Assembly: GCF_943169635.2 (NCBI RefSeq)
Contig: NZ_OW968186.1
Coordinates: 942,075 to 974,074, forward strand
Source: Fenollaria sporofastidiosus
GTDB lineage: Bacteria; Bacillota; Clostridia; Tissierellales; Peptoniphilaceae
DNA length: 32,000 nt
Direction: 5' to 3'
In this document: piece after piece, positions 1 to 10,732 of the stretch
How positions within the stretch are numbered: position 1 is the stretch's first letter
How the letters are laid out: the number at the start of each line of letters is the position of its first letter
Program-made: the position numbers and the translations under genes
The notes under the pieces: generated by a model
Told to the model about the DNA's origin: nothing
The model's input: only the letters and a program-made list of their open reading frames with translations
Databases searched by the model: none

Positions 1-2
1 AC

Positions 3-377
3 AGAAAAGAGGCCAAGGACCACGGTGAAAAAGGTATTTTCGTTGGAGAGACTCCAAATGCTGACTCGGATGTAGTCATCATTGAGGACGTAATCACTGC
101 AGGAACTGCTGTTAGGGAGTCCATCGACATACTTAAGCACTATGACGCAAAAGTTAAGGCTCTAATCATCTCTGTTAATAGGATGGAGAGAGGTACTGGC
201 GATAAGTCTGCTATACATGAGCTTGAAGATGATTATGGTGTTAAGGTTTATTCGATACTTGATATAAAATTTATTGCTGACTACTTAAGAAATAAAGAAG
301 TAGATGGCAAGGTATATATAGATGAAGAGATGTATGCAAAGATAATGAAGCATCTCGATACTTATAAGGAAAGATAA
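3..377 (+). CDS. pyrE: Orotate phosphoribosyltransferase, C-terminal part (5' end outside window)
   Basis: Frame 3 reads RKEAKDHGEKGIFVGETPNADSDVVIIEDVITAGTAVRESIDILKHYDAKVKALIISVNRMERG..., containing the PRPP-binding VVIIEDVITAGTAVRES motif typical of PyrE. The 183 ORF in the track is only an internal-start portion. Confidence 0.92.
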   Translation, partial: RKEAKDHGEKGIFVGETPNADSDVVIIEDVITAGTAVRESIDILKHYDAKVKALIISVNRMERGTGDKSAIHELEDDYGVKVYSILDIKFIADYLRNKEVDGKVYIDEEMYAKIMKHLDTYKER

Positions 378-1276
378 TGCAAATAGAAAATAAAAATCTT
401 GAGATAGCTATAACGTTTGTGGCATTGACACTAACTATGCTTGTAACTAGGTACTTGGGCATTTTCGCAATGCCGTTCGTGCTTGGTGCTTACTTAATTA
501 ACTCAATTGCAAACAAAGATTACAGCTCGCTTTACTTATATGTAGCGTCTCTTGGTATATTGGCAATATTTCTAGAGCCTACGTTTATAATTGAGAAGGC
601 CATGCTTGGCATACCTTTCTTGCTTGTGGCTGTGACTTTAATAAAAAGAAAACTTAGAGGGGACAAGCTAGTCATCGTTATGACTTTTACTTTTGTCGTT
701 TCTATCATAGCTTATCTTGCGCTGCTAAGGGAGTTTTTTGATATAAACTTTGTGGAAATCTTTAACGCGAGCATTGACAGGCAGGTAGAGATGATCAAGT
801 CTTTAGAAGGCGAGTTTGTTTTCGATAAAGATATGGTAACACTAGCTTACCAAGAGTTTAAACGCTACCTAGCGAGTATGGTGTTCTTCCTTTCTTTTGT
901 AGTATCTTTCATAGCACTAAAGCTACCGCATTATATAGTTAGAAAAAGGGGCGACATCAACTTGAGCGAACCATTCATAGAGGCTCTAAAGCTAAATAAG
1001 TCGGCATTTTATTCTATGCTTGCTATATTATTAGTTTTTATGATGACGGACTTAGGACTTAATCAGCTTATTGTAGACAATATATCCTTTATGATATTTA
1101 TCACTCTTGCAATTCAAGGTTTGTCATTTACAATGTTCGTCTTAAAGATACGCTATAAAAAGAAGATGGTGGCAAATTTTTACTTTGCATTTTCAATAAT
1201 CTTTTTAGGATTTATGTTTTTTGTAAATATTATATTTGGCTTTATAGACGGAGCTACAAAGATAAGGGGTGCATAA
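377..1276 (+). CDS. DUF2232 / YybS-like multi-pass membrane protein
   Basis: 299 aa, many hydrophobic helices, located directly upstream of gdpP as in many Firmicutes. Start overlaps the pyrE stop (TAATG). Confidence 0.75.
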   Translation: MQIENKNLEIAITFVALTLTMLVTRYLGIFAMPFVLGAYLINSIANKDYSSLYLYVASLGILAIFLEPTFIIEKAMLGIPFLLVAVTLIKRKLRGDKLVIVMTFTFVVSIIAYLALLREFFDINFVEIFNASIDRQVEMIKSLEGEFVFDKDMVTLAYQEFKRYLASMVFFLSFVVSFIALKLPHYIVRKRGDINLSEPFIEALKLNKSAFYSMLAILLVFMMTDLGLNQLIVDNISFMIFITLAIQGLSFTMFVLKIRYKKKMVANFYFAFSIIFLGFMFFVNIIFGFIDGATKIRGA

Positions 1277-1277
1277 A

Positions 1278-3311
1278 ATGCTTAAAAAAATTGAAGCATA
1301 TATAAAAGAAAACTTAATAGAAGTAATTTTTGAGCTTGTCTTAGTCATGTTACTAATGATACTAAATATCATCATTGGCTTTATAGCGCTTGTTGTCTTT
1401 GTATCAATGCATCTTAGCTTCTTACAAAACTTTGAAGATCAAACAACGCTTAGACAAAGAAATTATGAGAACATCGAAGAGACCATCGACTCATTGACAA
1501 AGCAAGCTGTATTTAAGATGCCATTTCCTATGGTTATAATTAATCAAGATGGGGAGATTAACTGGTATAACAGCAAGTTTATAAAGATGCTTGAGATTGA
1601 AGATGAGCCTGAAAACAATATACTTGATGCGATATCATCTCTTAATCTTAACGAGATAATAAGTGCAGGAGATGATCCACTAAAGATATTATACAGGGAT
1701 AAGTACTATCAAGTCTATGTAAACAAGGTTAAGGCGAAAGACAGCAAGGAAAGAGAAATGCTTCTTCTTTACTGGATAGACAGAACTGACCTTAAAGAAG
1801 CAAAGGATAGCATAGAGAAGGAAAAGATGGCTACCATACTTGTATATATAGACAACCTTGACGAGGTTAAAAGCAGTGTTGAAGATGGTGTTAAAGCGAC
1901 TATAGCAGGTAATGTTGAAACAGAAATTATTAACTACTTCAACGCGTTCGAAGCAAGTGTAAGAAAGTATGATGACGATAGATTTTTAATCATTGCTAAT
2001 AACGAAAACTTGCAAAAGATGATACAAAAGAAGTTTGATATACTAGATAGAGTTCGTGATCTTAAGGTGCAAAGCATCATACCACTAACACTATCCATCG
2101 CTGCGACTCTTGATGGCGAGACACCACTTAAGCAGTACGAGATTGCAAGGAGCACTATGGACATAGCCTTAGGTAGAGGCGGTGACCAAGCTGTTCTTAG
2201 AAAGGGCCACAACTACGAGTACTTTGGCGGCAAGTCAAAGGCTGTTGAGAAGACAACAAAGGTTAAGGCAAGAGTCGTTGGGGGCGCACTAAGGTCCTTA
2301 ATTGACGATGCATCTAACGTTGTTATCATGCCACACAAGAATGCTGACATGGACGCTATAGGCTCGGCTATAGGTGTAGTGAAGCTTGTTAGGATGAGAA
2401 AAAAGACTGCCTACATCGCGCTTAACTCTGTTAATATGAGTATAAGAAACATCATGGCAAGACTTAAAGAAGAAGAGAGTCTAAAGGGTGTAGTGAAGAG
2501 TGAGGACGAACTTAACTCTCTAATCGATAGCAAGACTTTGCTTATAGTTGTCGACCATCATAAGAAGTCCATCTCAGAGGCACCGGACTTGGTTGATAAG
2601 ATCAATGACAGAGTTGTAATTGACCACCACAGAAGAAGTGGGGAGTTTATAGAGTCGACTGAGCTAGTCTTCTTAGAGCCATATGCATCATCGACTGCAG
2701 AGCTTGTAACAGAATTGTTCACATATATGACCGACAATGTAGTGCTTAGCAAGTTCGAAGCGGAAGCATTGCTTGCCGGTATAACTGTTGACACTAAGAA
2801 CTTCACTGTGCAAACTGGTGTAAGAACATTCGAAGCGGCATCTATGCTTAGAAGATTTGGTGCTGACCCTGAAGTTGTTAAGAAGTACTTCAAAGAAGAT
2901 TACGAAGTTATTAAAAACAGAGCGGACATAGTTAGACACTCTGAGATATATATGAACGACACTGTCATAGGTATACTTGAAGACAAGGTGGATAACTCCA
3001 TACTTATTGCGGCACAAGCTGCTGATGAGATGCTAAGCATCAACGGAATGAAGGCATCCTTCGTTGCTGTCAAGATATCTAACAACGAAACACACGTGTC
3101 AGCAAGATCACTTGGAGAGATTAGTGTTCAGCTAATTATGGAAAAGCTTGGCGGTGGAGGTCACTTGAACCAAGCAGCAACTAGGATAGACTTGTCTGTT
3201 GACTTAGCTGTTGAAGAGCTAAAGAGAAAGATTAAAGAATATAAAGATGAAGAAAAAGAATCAAAGAAAGAATCAAAGAAAGAATCAAAGAAAGAAGAAG
3301 GTGTTAAATAA
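1278..3311 (+). CDS. gdpP: Cyclic-di-AMP phosphodiesterase GdpP/YybT family (2 TM, PAS, degenerate GGDEF, DHH-DHHA1)
   Basis: N-terminal TM pair, PAS-like region, DHH-family motifs ([28 protein letters not shown]) and C-terminal [13 protein letters not shown] at 1278 has AAGGGG about 8 nt upstream; GTG 1269 is an alternative start. Confidence 0.93.
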   Translation: MLKKIEAYIKENLIEVIFELVLVMLLMILNIIIGFIALVVFVSMHLSFLQNFEDQTTLRQRNYENIEETIDSLTKQAVFKMPFPMVIINQDGEINWYNSKFIKMLEIEDEPENNILDAISSLNLNEIISAGDDPLKILYRDKYYQVYVNKVKAKDSKEREMLLLYWIDRTDLKEAKDSIEKEKMATILVYIDNLDEVKSSVEDGVKATIAGNVETEIINYFNAFEASVRKYDDDRFLIIANNENLQKMIQKKFDILDRVRDLKVQSIIPLTLSIAATLDGETPLKQYEIARSTMDIALGRGGDQAVLRKGHNYEYFGGKSKAVEKTTKVKARVVGGALRSLIDDASNVVIMPHKNADMDAIGSAIGVVKLVRMRKKTAYIALNSVNMSIRNIMARLKEEESLKGVVKSEDELNSLIDSKTLLIVVDHHKKSISEAPDLVDKINDRVVIDHHRRSGEFIESTELVFLEPYASSTAELVTELFTYMTDNVVLSKFEAEALLAGITVDTKNFTVQTGVRTFEAASMLRRFGADPEVVKKYFKEDYEVIKNRADIVRHSEIYMNDTVIGILEDKVDNSILIAAQAADEMLSINGMKASFVAVKISNNETHVSARSLGEISVQLIMEKLGGGGHLNQAATRIDLSVDLAVEELKRKIKEYKDEEKESKKESKKESKKEEGVK

Positions 3312-3754
3312 TGAAAGTTATTCTTATAGAAGATGTTAAAGGCCTAGGCAAGAAGGGCGAGATGGTTAATAGCAAGGACGGTTATGCAAGAAATTTCTTG
3401 TTCCCAAAAAAGCTTGCTTTAGAAGCAACAGAAGAGAACGTAAAGAAGTGGAAGGAAGAACAAGCTGAACTTAAAGCTAGGATAGAAAAAGAAACAAAGG
3501 AAGCAAACATTATCAAAGCTGACATAGAAAAGAAAGTTTTAAAGATGAAGGCTGAAGGCGGTGCAAGTGGCAAGCTATTCGGTGCAATCACATCGCAAGA
3601 CATACAAAAGGCTTTGCTTGATGACTTCGGTCTTGAAATAGACAAAAGAAAGATAGAGATGAAGGAAAACATTAAACAAGCAGGTGTATATACTGTTGTT
3701 TTAAGATTATATCCACAAATCACAGCTAACTTAAGGGTTAATGTAAGCATATAA
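3311..3754 (+). CDS. rplI: 50S ribosomal protein L9
   Basis: [40 protein letters not shown] is the canonical L9 N-terminus. TAATG overlap with gdpP. Confidence 0.98.
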   Translation: MKVILIEDVKGLGKKGEMVNSKDGYARNFLFPKKLALEATEENVKKWKEEQAELKARIEKETKEANIIKADIEKKVLKMKAEGGASGKLFGAITSQDIQKALLDDFGLEIDKRKIEMKENIKQAGVYTVVLRLYPQITANLRVNVSI

Positions 3755-3766
3755 CAGAGGAGTACT

Positions 3767-5098
3767 ATGGAAGTTTTAAGAGAATTACCTAACAACTTAA
3801 TAGTTGAGCAGGAGGTTTTAGCTAATGCTATGCAAAACAAAACTGCTGCTGTCAAAGCTATTGAAGGCTTAAATGAAGTCGACTTTTATAACGAACTTCA
3901 CAGAAAGATCTTCAATTCTATTAGGATGCTTTTCTCTTTAAACAAGCCCATAGACATATTGACAGTAACAGAGAACCTTGAAACAAATGAAGGTATAGAT
4001 GCTGAGACGATAAAGTATATAGCAAGCATATATGCTAACAACGAAGGACTTAGTTCGAACCAAGACGCATATATAGACATACTTAAAGAGAAGTCTATAC
4101 TTAGAAGTCTTGCAGAGTTCTCTGATGAGATTAAGGCCTTGTCACTTGAGGATAAGTCGCCAGCAAAGAACGTGCTTGAAAAGGCAGAGAAGGAACTTTT
4201 TGAAATTTCTCAAGGTGGACTTAGAAACTCTCTAACTGCACTTGACGTCATTATGAGCGACACTGTTCAAGCTATAATTAAGAGAGTGCAAGAGAAGGGC
4301 GAGCTTAGTGGTGTTACAACAGGCTTTACGGATTTAAACTCACTACTAGGTGGCTTCCAAAAGTCAGACCTAGTACTATTAGCTGCGAGACCTTCTATGG
4401 GTAAGACAGCACTTGCTGTTAACCTTGCAGTCAATGCAGCAAAGTCTGGCAAGAAGGTTGCAATGTTCTCACTTGAAATGAGCAAGCTTCAAATTGGTCA
4501 AAGAATACTTGCCTCCTTTGCGCAAATGAACTTATCGAACTTATTCAAGGGTGAGCTTGAAGGTCAAGACATAGCAAACCTACTTACTGCTTCAAACGAA
4601 CTAGCAAAATACAACTTGCATGTTGATGACACGGCAGCCATATCATTAATAGAATTAAAAGCTAAGTTAAGACGTCTTAAGATGGAAGAGGGACTTGACT
4701 TAGTAGTTATTGACTACTTACAACTTATGACGACTGGACAAAGAATTGAGAACAGAGTGCAAGAAATTTCTCAAATATCAAGAGGCCTTAAGGCTATAGC
4801 TAAGGAACTAGATGTACCAGTTCTTGCCTTGTCACAGCTATCGAGAGCTCTTGAGCAAAGACCGGACAAGAGACCAAAGCTTTCTGACCTTAGAGAGTCA
4901 GGTGCCATAGAGCAAGACGCGGACATAGTTATGTTCCTATACAGAGACTACGTCTACAACAAGGAAACTGAAAATCCAAATCTAGCAGAAGTGATCGTTT
5001 CGAAACACAGAAACGGTCCTATTGGCGTGGTTAATTTAATCTGGAAGGACGAGTATACAAGGTTCTTCAACGTATCAAGCAAGGCGTATGAAAGCTAG
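3767..5098 (+). CDS. dnaB: Replicative DNA helicase DnaB
   Basis: MEVLRELPNNLIVEQEVLANAM..., Walker A AARPSMGKTALAVN, DLVVIDYLQLM, LSQLSRALEQRPDKRPKLSDLRESGAIEQDAD. Confidence 0.98.
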   Translation: MEVLRELPNNLIVEQEVLANAMQNKTAAVKAIEGLNEVDFYNELHRKIFNSIRMLFSLNKPIDILTVTENLETNEGIDAETIKYIASIYANNEGLSSNQDAYIDILKEKSILRSLAEFSDEIKALSLEDKSPAKNVLEKAEKELFEISQGGLRNSLTALDVIMSDTVQAIIKRVQEKGELSGVTTGFTDLNSLLGGFQKSDLVLLAARPSMGKTALAVNLAVNAAKSGKKVAMFSLEMSKLQIGQRILASFAQMNLSNLFKGELEGQDIANLLTASNELAKYNLHVDDTAAISLIELKAKLRRLKMEEGLDLVVIDYLQLMTTGQRIENRVQEISQISRGLKAIAKELDVPVLALSQLSRALEQRPDKRPKLSDLRESGAIEQDADIVMFLYRDYVYNKETENPNLAEVIVSKHRNGPIGVVNLIWKDEYTRFFNVSSKAYES

Positions 5099-5678
5099 TG
5101 AGTACTTAATAAAGCCTTTAGAGCTTGAAGACGTATATAAGTTTAAGTCTTGGCATAGGGGTAATTACTACCTACTTAATGACTACGACTTCATATATGA
5201 AGAGGACTGGGAGTTAAAGGCGTGGCTTAAGACTAAGAAGGGCATATTCAAACGCTACTTTGTGATATACTACGAAGGCGACGCCATCGCATACATTGGA
5301 TTAAAAGAGATAAACATTATAAAGAAGAGTGCAGAGCTATCCATCGTTATGGATGTACGTTATCAAAACCGTGGACATGGCTATAAGATACTAATTGAAT
5401 TTTTAAATTTTGCATTCACAGAGCTAAAACTCAAGAGAATTTGGCTCGATGTTAATGCCTTTAATGAAAGAGCAATTCACTTATATAAGAAGCTTGGCTT
5501 TACAAAGAAGGCGTACTACCTAGATACATATAACATTCAAGATATTGATAAAAGTAGACAAGAGTACTTGGACAACAAGTGCGAGTTCGTACAAAACGGC
5601 AGAGAGCTTCTCTGCTATGTCTACACATATGAGATAAAGAGAGGTGAGTTTTTTGAGCTTCAAGCTAGAGAAAATTAA
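5088..5678 (+). CDS. GNAT-family N-acetyltransferase
   Basis: VRYQNRGHGYKILIEFLNFAFTELKLKRIWLDVNAFNERAIHLYKKLGF matches the GNAT acetyl-CoA binding fold motifs. Confidence 0.88.
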   Translation: MKASEYLIKPLELEDVYKFKSWHRGNYYLLNDYDFIYEEDWELKAWLKTKKGIFKRYFVIYYEGDAIAYIGLKEINIIKKSAELSIVMDVRYQNRGHGYKILIEFLNFAFTELKLKRIWLDVNAFNERAIHLYKKLGFTKKAYYLDTYNIQDIDKSRQEYLDNKCEFVQNGRELLCYVYTYEIKRGEFFELQAREN

Positions 5679-6723
5679 TTCAAACCTATTAGACACATCG
5701 GTAAACAATATATTTATCAGCGAGTTTATGCCGCAAGCTGACGGTACCTTTGTCAAGGTGTACTTGCTTGCTCTTAGGTTTGCACAAGATGACGATATCG
5801 AAGCAAGCAATGAGAAGATAGCCGAAGTTTTAAGAATTCCTATCATAGATGTAGTTTCTGCATGGAGGTTTTGGAAGTCGGTTGGCATAGTCGATTTTGA
5901 TGACGATGGAGAGAACTTGAACTTTAATCTTGTTTTTAAAGACTTAAGAGCTCTATACTTAAGAGGAACTAACAGCAGCAGCACTACTACTAGCGTTATT
6001 AGTTCTAACACGAGAGCCTTTAGTGAAGAAGATGATATTAGCGATGACGATTTAAGCAGTGACACTAAATTGATTATAGAAGTAAACAAAGACGAAGCTG
6101 TGAAGAAGATGTTTCAAGACGTCGCTCACATCGTTAGAAGGCCACTTAACACACAAGAGAAGATCAAGATCATTAAGTGGCTGCGTGACTACAACATTAG
6201 CTGCGAGATGATATCGCACGCCTACTCATACGCGTATGATGTTTTGAAGAAGAAGTCACCTGCCTATGTGGAGAGCATAATCATGAACTGGTACGACAAG
6301 GGCTTCACAAGTCTATCTGAGGTGATGAATGACTTCAATGTAATGAATGATACACAAAGAAATTACAACAAGCTTATGCAATCGCTTGCAATGCCATTTA
6401 AGAATGTATCTGACTTTGAAAAGAAGATTATCGATAAGTGGTACGACGACTTTGGCTATGGTAACGACGTCATAATAAAGGCTGCAGAGAACTTTATATA
6501 TACATCTAAGCCGTCTATAGCCTACCTTGATGCGATACTTGAAGCGTGGCACAAGCAAGGCATACAGACTGTTGAGGATGCGCAAAAAGCAAACGACCTT
6601 TATAGGTCCGATAAAAATGCAATCACTACTAAGAGGCCAAGCAAGAAGGCTAAGGACTTTGATGAGAGAGAGTACCCAGATGGTTATCTAAGTGATACCT
6701 ATGAAGGCAATTGGAGGAAGTAG
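5644..6723 (+). CDS. DnaD-domain replication initiation-like protein
   Basis: N-terminal winged-helix-like region and a domain with KIIKWLRDYNISCEMISHAYSYAYDVLKKKSPAYVESIIMNWYDKGF. Followed directly by a DnaC/DnaI-like ATPase. GTG start overlaps the previous gene; the exact start is uncertain. Confidence 0.82.
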   Translation: MSFLSFKLEKINSNLLDTSVNNIFISEFMPQADGTFVKVYLLALRFAQDDDIEASNEKIAEVLRIPIIDVVSAWRFWKSVGIVDFDDDGENLNFNLVFKDLRALYLRGTNSSSTTTSVISSNTRAFSEEDDISDDDLSSDTKLIIEVNKDEAVKKMFQDVAHIVRRPLNTQEKIKIIKWLRDYNISCEMISHAYSYAYDVLKKKSPAYVESIIMNWYDKGFTSLSEVMNDFNVMNDTQRNYNKLMQSLAMPFKNVSDFEKKIIDKWYDDFGYGNDVIIKAAENFIYTSKPSIAYLDAILEAWHKQGIQTVEDAQKANDLYRSDKNAITTKRPSKKAKDFDEREYPDGYLSDTYEGNWRK

Positions 6724-6724
6724 C

Positions 6725-7660
6725 ATGACTTTGTTAGACGATGTTTATAGACAAAAAGCGAATATAAAAAACATTAGAGAGAGACAGAGAAGCGAAAGAG
6801 TCGAGGCTATATATAAGAAGTATCCTGAACTATTGAGACTTGAGAATGAAAAAAACGATGTGCTTAATGAGCTTACGTCCATGAACTTTTCAAATTATGA
6901 AGATATTAACAAAAAGATACTTGATATAGAAGCGAAGAAGCAAAAGCTTATAGAGGACTATGGCCTTGAAGATGCATTTAAGGTTCAATATGAGTGCCCT
7001 AAGTGCGAAGACACTGGTATATATCAGTCGAAGAGGTGTTCGTGCATAGACGATATGCTTAGAGAGAAGATGCTTGAAGCTAATGAGCTTAATACTGAGA
7101 TGAGACAGAAGAGCTTCGAAAGTTTCGATGCTAATGTATTCTCAGATGAAAAGGAAGGCGATGCTCCATCGACAAGGGAGTATATGCTTGCTATCAAGAA
7201 GAGCCTTGAGGACTATGCGGATAATTTTACTAATGAGGCTAAGTCCATCTTATTCTACGGTGATGTTGGCACAGGCAAATCCTTTATGGCTGTCTCACTT
7301 GCAAAGAGGCTCATTGAAAAACTTATCAAGGTAACATACATAGGCTCCTATGAAATGTGTCAAGTGATAAACGATGCGATATTTAAAGGCGATGACGCAG
7401 CCATTGCCAAGAGAGATATGTATTACAACACAGACTTTTTAATCATTGATGACCTTGGAACAGAAATAGATACACAGGTAAGCTCAAAATCCATACTTGA
7501 CCTTGTGAACTATAGGTTAAGCAAAAACTTAAAGACGCTTATAACAAGTAACCTCAATGTTGATGCAATAAAAGAAAAGTATGGCGAGAGACTATCATCA
7601 AGGCTACTATCGAATTATTATATATATCGCTTCAGAGGACGCGATTTAAGATTAAGATAA
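6725..7660 (+). CDS. DnaC/DnaI-like ATP-binding helicase-loader protein
   Basis: Cys cluster CPKCEDTG...CSC, Walker [22 protein letters not shown], Walker [15 protein letters not shown] 6725 gives [10 protein letters not shown]...; upstream 6692 start is less likely because it lies in the previous gene. Confidence 0.9.
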   Translation: MTLLDDVYRQKANIKNIRERQRSERVEAIYKKYPELLRLENEKNDVLNELTSMNFSNYEDINKKILDIEAKKQKLIEDYGLEDAFKVQYECPKCEDTGIYQSKRCSCIDDMLREKMLEANELNTEMRQKSFESFDANVFSDEKEGDAPSTREYMLAIKKSLEDYADNFTNEAKSILFYGDVGTGKSFMAVSLAKRLIEKLIKVTYIGSYEMCQVINDAIFKGDDAAIAKRDMYYNTDFLIIDDLGTEIDTQVSSKSILDLVNYRLSKNLKTLITSNLNVDAIKEKYGERLSSRLLSNYYIYRFRGRDLRLR

Positions 7661-7671
7661 GGAGTGATTTT

Positions 7672-8949
7672 ATGTTAGATATAAAAAGAATCAGAAAAAA
7701 TCCAGAGGAAGTGCTTGAGGCTCTAAAGAAGAGACACGGAAGCTTTCCTATCGAGGAATTGCTTGAAGAAGACAAGAAGAGAAGAGAGCTTTTAACTGTT
7801 GTTGAAACTATGAAGCAAAAGCAAAACGCCATCTCTAAAGAGGTGCCTAAGCTAAAGAAGGAAGGCAAGGACGTTAGCCAAATCTTTGATGAGATGAAAG
7901 AGCTTTCAAACGAGATTAAAGATTATGATGCGCAAGTTAAACAGATAGACGACAAGATATCTGAGTACTTATTAAGCATACCAAATATACCTAATAAGAA
8001 CGTTGTATATGGTAAAGACGACAGTGACAACGTTGAAGTAAAGAAGTATGGCACTCCAACTGAGTTCGACTTCGAGCCAAAGGCTCACTGGGACCTTGGA
8101 ACTGATCTTGACATACTTGACTTCGATAGAGCGGGTAAGATATCTGGATCAAGATTCTCTATATTCAAAGGTGACGGCGCAAGACTTGAAAGAAGCTTAA
8201 TTCAATTTATGCTTGATCTTCATACACTTGAGCAAGACTACACTGAGATGAGCACTCCATTCATGGTTAATAGAGCGTCTATGCTAGGCACAGGTCAACT
8301 TCCAAAGTTTGAAGATGATATGTTCTACCTTCCATCAAAGGACTTCTTCCTAGTGCCAACAGCAGAGGTTCCACTAACAAATATGCTTAGAGACGAAATT
8401 GTTGATGCATCTGACTTGCCTATAAATATAACAGAGTACACACCATGCTTTAGACAAGAAGCAGGAGCTGCAGGTAGAGACAACAGAGGCCTTATACGTA
8501 ATCACCAGTTTGATAAGGTTGAGCTTGTTAAGTTCGTAGAGCCAAAGACAAGCTACGACGAATTACAAAAGCTACTAGCGGATGCTGAGGCAGTTCTACA
8601 AAAACTTGAGATACCTTATAGAGTCGTTCAACTATCGACAGGCGACCTTGGCTTCTCGTCAGCTATGACATATGATATCGAAGTTTGGATGCCAAGCTAT
8701 GGTAGATATGTAGAGATATCGAGTTGTTCAAACTTTGAAGACTTTCAAGCAAGAAGATCCAACATTAGATATAGAAATGAGGAAGGCAAGTTAAACTTCG
8801 TACACACACTTAACGGATCAGGCCTTGCAGTAGGAAGAACATTTGCAGCCCTTGTTGAAAATTATCAAAACAAAGACGGTTCGATCACTATACCAAAGGC
8901 ACTACAAAGGTACTTTGGCAAGGAACGTATAGTTAAAAGAGTAAAGTAG
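7672..8949 (+). CDS. serS: Seryl-tRNA synthetase
   Basis: [21 protein letters not shown], class II motifs [41 protein letters not shown] and [19 protein letters not shown]. Confidence 0.98.
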   Translation: MLDIKRIRKNPEEVLEALKKRHGSFPIEELLEEDKKRRELLTVVETMKQKQNAISKEVPKLKKEGKDVSQIFDEMKELSNEIKDYDAQVKQIDDKISEYLLSIPNIPNKNVVYGKDDSDNVEVKKYGTPTEFDFEPKAHWDLGTDLDILDFDRAGKISGSRFSIFKGDGARLERSLIQFMLDLHTLEQDYTEMSTPFMVNRASMLGTGQLPKFEDDMFYLPSKDFFLVPTAEVPLTNMLRDEIVDASDLPINITEYTPCFRQEAGAAGRDNRGLIRNHQFDKVELVKFVEPKTSYDELQKLLADAEAVLQKLEIPYRVVQLSTGDLGFSSAMTYDIEVWMPSYGRYVEISSCSNFEDFQARRSNIRYRNEEGKLNFVHTLNGSGLAVGRTFAALVENYQNKDGSITIPKALQRYFGKERIVKRVK

Positions 8950-8972
8950 TTAATCAGCTTATATATGATAAT

Positions 8973-9010
8973 AGAGCTATGTATATCAATTGATACGCAT
9001 AGCTCTTTTC
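8973..9010 (+). terminator. Rho-independent terminator downstream of serS
   Basis: Inverted repeat AGAGCTATG (8973-8981) / CATAGCTCT (8998-9006) followed by T-rich sequence. Confidence 0.7.
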
Positions 9011-9023
9011 TTATGTCTATATT

Positions 9024-9542
9024 TTATTCTTCGTCATTTACATAGGCCTTCACTATCTCACCAATATATACATAGTGAAAGTCGCGCTCAGGGTAGTTCT
9101 TCTTTAGTATCGTTTGGTCTATGAAGCCTTCCTCACGAAGCTTATCTCTATAGACTTTTCTGCATACGAAGACCAGCTTTGCCTCTTTAAAGTAGACAGT
9201 TTCGTCACTAAAGAGAGGAGTAAGTTTAGTCTTAGAGAGCTTATCTTCACTGCGACCGCTATGTGTACCTAAGTACAATAAGTCCTTCTTGTAAGACTCA
9301 TCAAAGAAACTTAGTGTGTAGTAGTCTTCTTTGTCAACAAATTCTCTAGTATACCTTTGTGGTCTTAGATAGATGACCGAGGTAGGCATATCGCCGTTCC
9401 ATATAGCACCCAAGTGACCCCACTGTGCAGTCATAGTATTGAATGCCTTCTCATTACCTGCGCTTACAAGCATCCACTCCTTACCAATAAGAGTCATCGG
9501 ATTAAACTTTAATTCTTTCATGTCAATAGCCTTTAAGCTCAT
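9024..9542 (-). CDS. Flavin reductase-like domain (FMN-binding) protein
   Basis: FNPMTLIGKEWMLVSAG...NTMTAQWGHLGAIWNGDMPTSVIYLRPQRYTREFVDKEDYYTLSFF matches flavin reductase-like family features. Confidence 0.82.
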   Translation of the reverse strand: MSLKAIDMKELKFNPMTLIGKEWMLVSAGNEKAFNTMTAQWGHLGAIWNGDMPTSVIYLRPQRYTREFVDKEDYYTLSFFDESYKKDLLYLGTHSGRSEDKLSKTKLTPLFSDETVYFKEAKLVFVCRKVYRDKLREEGFIDQTILKKNYPERDFHYVYIGEIVKAYVNDEE

Positions 9543-9657
9543 AGCATCACCCCTTATATGAATTATATCACATATATCTAAGGCTCGCTATATATATTTT
9601 ACTTAGCGAGTATAGAAAAATATATCTCTTTGTGATATAATAAGTCTTGGTGATTAT

Positions 9658-10182
9658 ATGGAGCTATTAATCAAAATATTTTTAGTTTTCTTTAAGATAG
9701 GCCTCTTCAGTTTTGGTGGAGGCTATGCTATGATGCCACTTTTTGAAAAAGAGATCATAAACGGTCTAAAGTGGATTAGCTACTCCGACTTCATAGACAT
9801 AGTTGCCATAGCTCAAACGACACCTGGACCCTTTGCAGTTAACTCTGCTACCTTCATAGGTAATAAGCTTGCAGGCTTTTGGGGCAGTGTTGTTGCAACA
9901 TTTGGAGTGACACTACCGAGCTTCATCATCATGAGCATCATATTCTTAACTATAAACAAGTTTAGAGACTCAAGAACTGTTAAGGTATCGATTAGAGGCA
10001 TAAGACCAGTAGTCTTAGCACTAGTACTTGCTGCAGTGGTAACCATTGGCAAAGGAGCCATCATAGATTACAAGTCAGTCATCATAGCTGTCATTGCCTT
10101 CATACTTGTAAGAGTGAAAAAACTAAACCCAATACTTATTATGGCTATAGGTTTTGTGGTCGGCGTATTTATATATAGGTGA
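9658..10182 (+). CDS. Chromate transporter family protein (short form, first of pair)
   Basis: FFKIGLFSFGGGYAMMPLFEKEI...AIAQTTPGPFAVNSATFIGNKLAGFWGSVVATFGVTLPSF is the ChrA family signature. Confidence 0.93.
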   Translation: MELLIKIFLVFFKIGLFSFGGGYAMMPLFEKEIINGLKWISYSDFIDIVAIAQTTPGPFAVNSATFIGNKLAGFWGSVVATFGVTLPSFIIMSIIFLTINKFRDSRTVKVSIRGIRPVVLALVLAAVVTIGKGAIIDYKSVIIAVIAFILVRVKKLNPILIMAIGFVVGVFIYR

Positions 10183-10186
10183 TGAG

Positions 10187-10723
10187 ATGAAGATACTTAA
10201 TTTATTTATAACATTCTTTAAGATAGGTGCCTTCACATTAGGAGGCGGCTTTCCCATGCTACCAATCATTGAGCGTGAGATAGTTACAAAGAAGAAACTC
10301 ATGACAGACGAGGAGTACATAGACTCGATAAGTCTTGCTCAGACAGCACCAGGGCCTATCGCAGCAAACATATCTATACTAGTTGGCTATAGGATATATG
10401 GCTTTTCAGGTGCACTCGCGGCCTTCTTCGGCGCAGTTTTACCAAGCTTTATCATCATATTAGTGATCTCACACTTCTTTATGGGTGTGCAAGATAACCC
10501 ATATGTGCAAGCGGCCTTTAAAGGTGTAAGACCCGTTGTATGTGCACTAGTCTTTGCAGCACTTGTAGGCTTAGTAGAGAAAGCGCACTTAAATAAGTTT
10601 GAGTACGTGATAAGTCTTTTAGCTTTTTTAATAGTAGTATTTTTAGACATCAATCCCATCTTCGTAATTATTGGCGGAGTTGTGATTGCTCTTAGTAAGG
10701 ATAAATTTATCAAGAATAAATAG
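10187..10723 (+). CDS. Chromate transporter family protein (short form, second of pair)
   Basis: MKILNLFITFFKIGAFTLGGGFPMLPIIEREIV...SLAQTAPGPIAANISILVGYRIYGFSGALAAFFGAVLPSF. ATG 10187 is preferred over 10154, which is internal to the upstream gene. Confidence 0.93.
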   Translation: MKILNLFITFFKIGAFTLGGGFPMLPIIEREIVTKKKLMTDEEYIDSISLAQTAPGPIAANISILVGYRIYGFSGALAAFFGAVLPSFIIILVISHFFMGVQDNPYVQAAFKGVRPVVCALVFAALVGLVEKAHLNKFEYVISLLAFLIVVFLDINPIFVIIGGVVIALSKDKFIKNK

Positions 10724-10732
10724 GAGGTTATT

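Noticed and set aside
3382-3855. 157 aa minus-strand ORF opposite rplI
   Set aside because: Antisense to ribosomal protein L9, no domain evidence.
5520-6089. 189 aa minus-strand ORF opposite the GNAT/DnaD genes
   Set aside because: Shadow ORF of two supported genes; poly-Ser/Leu runs reflect complement of Asp/Glu-rich codons.
7600-7672. T-box riboswitch upstream of serS
   Set aside because: Only about 11 nt separate the preceding gene from serS, leaving no room for a T-box leader.
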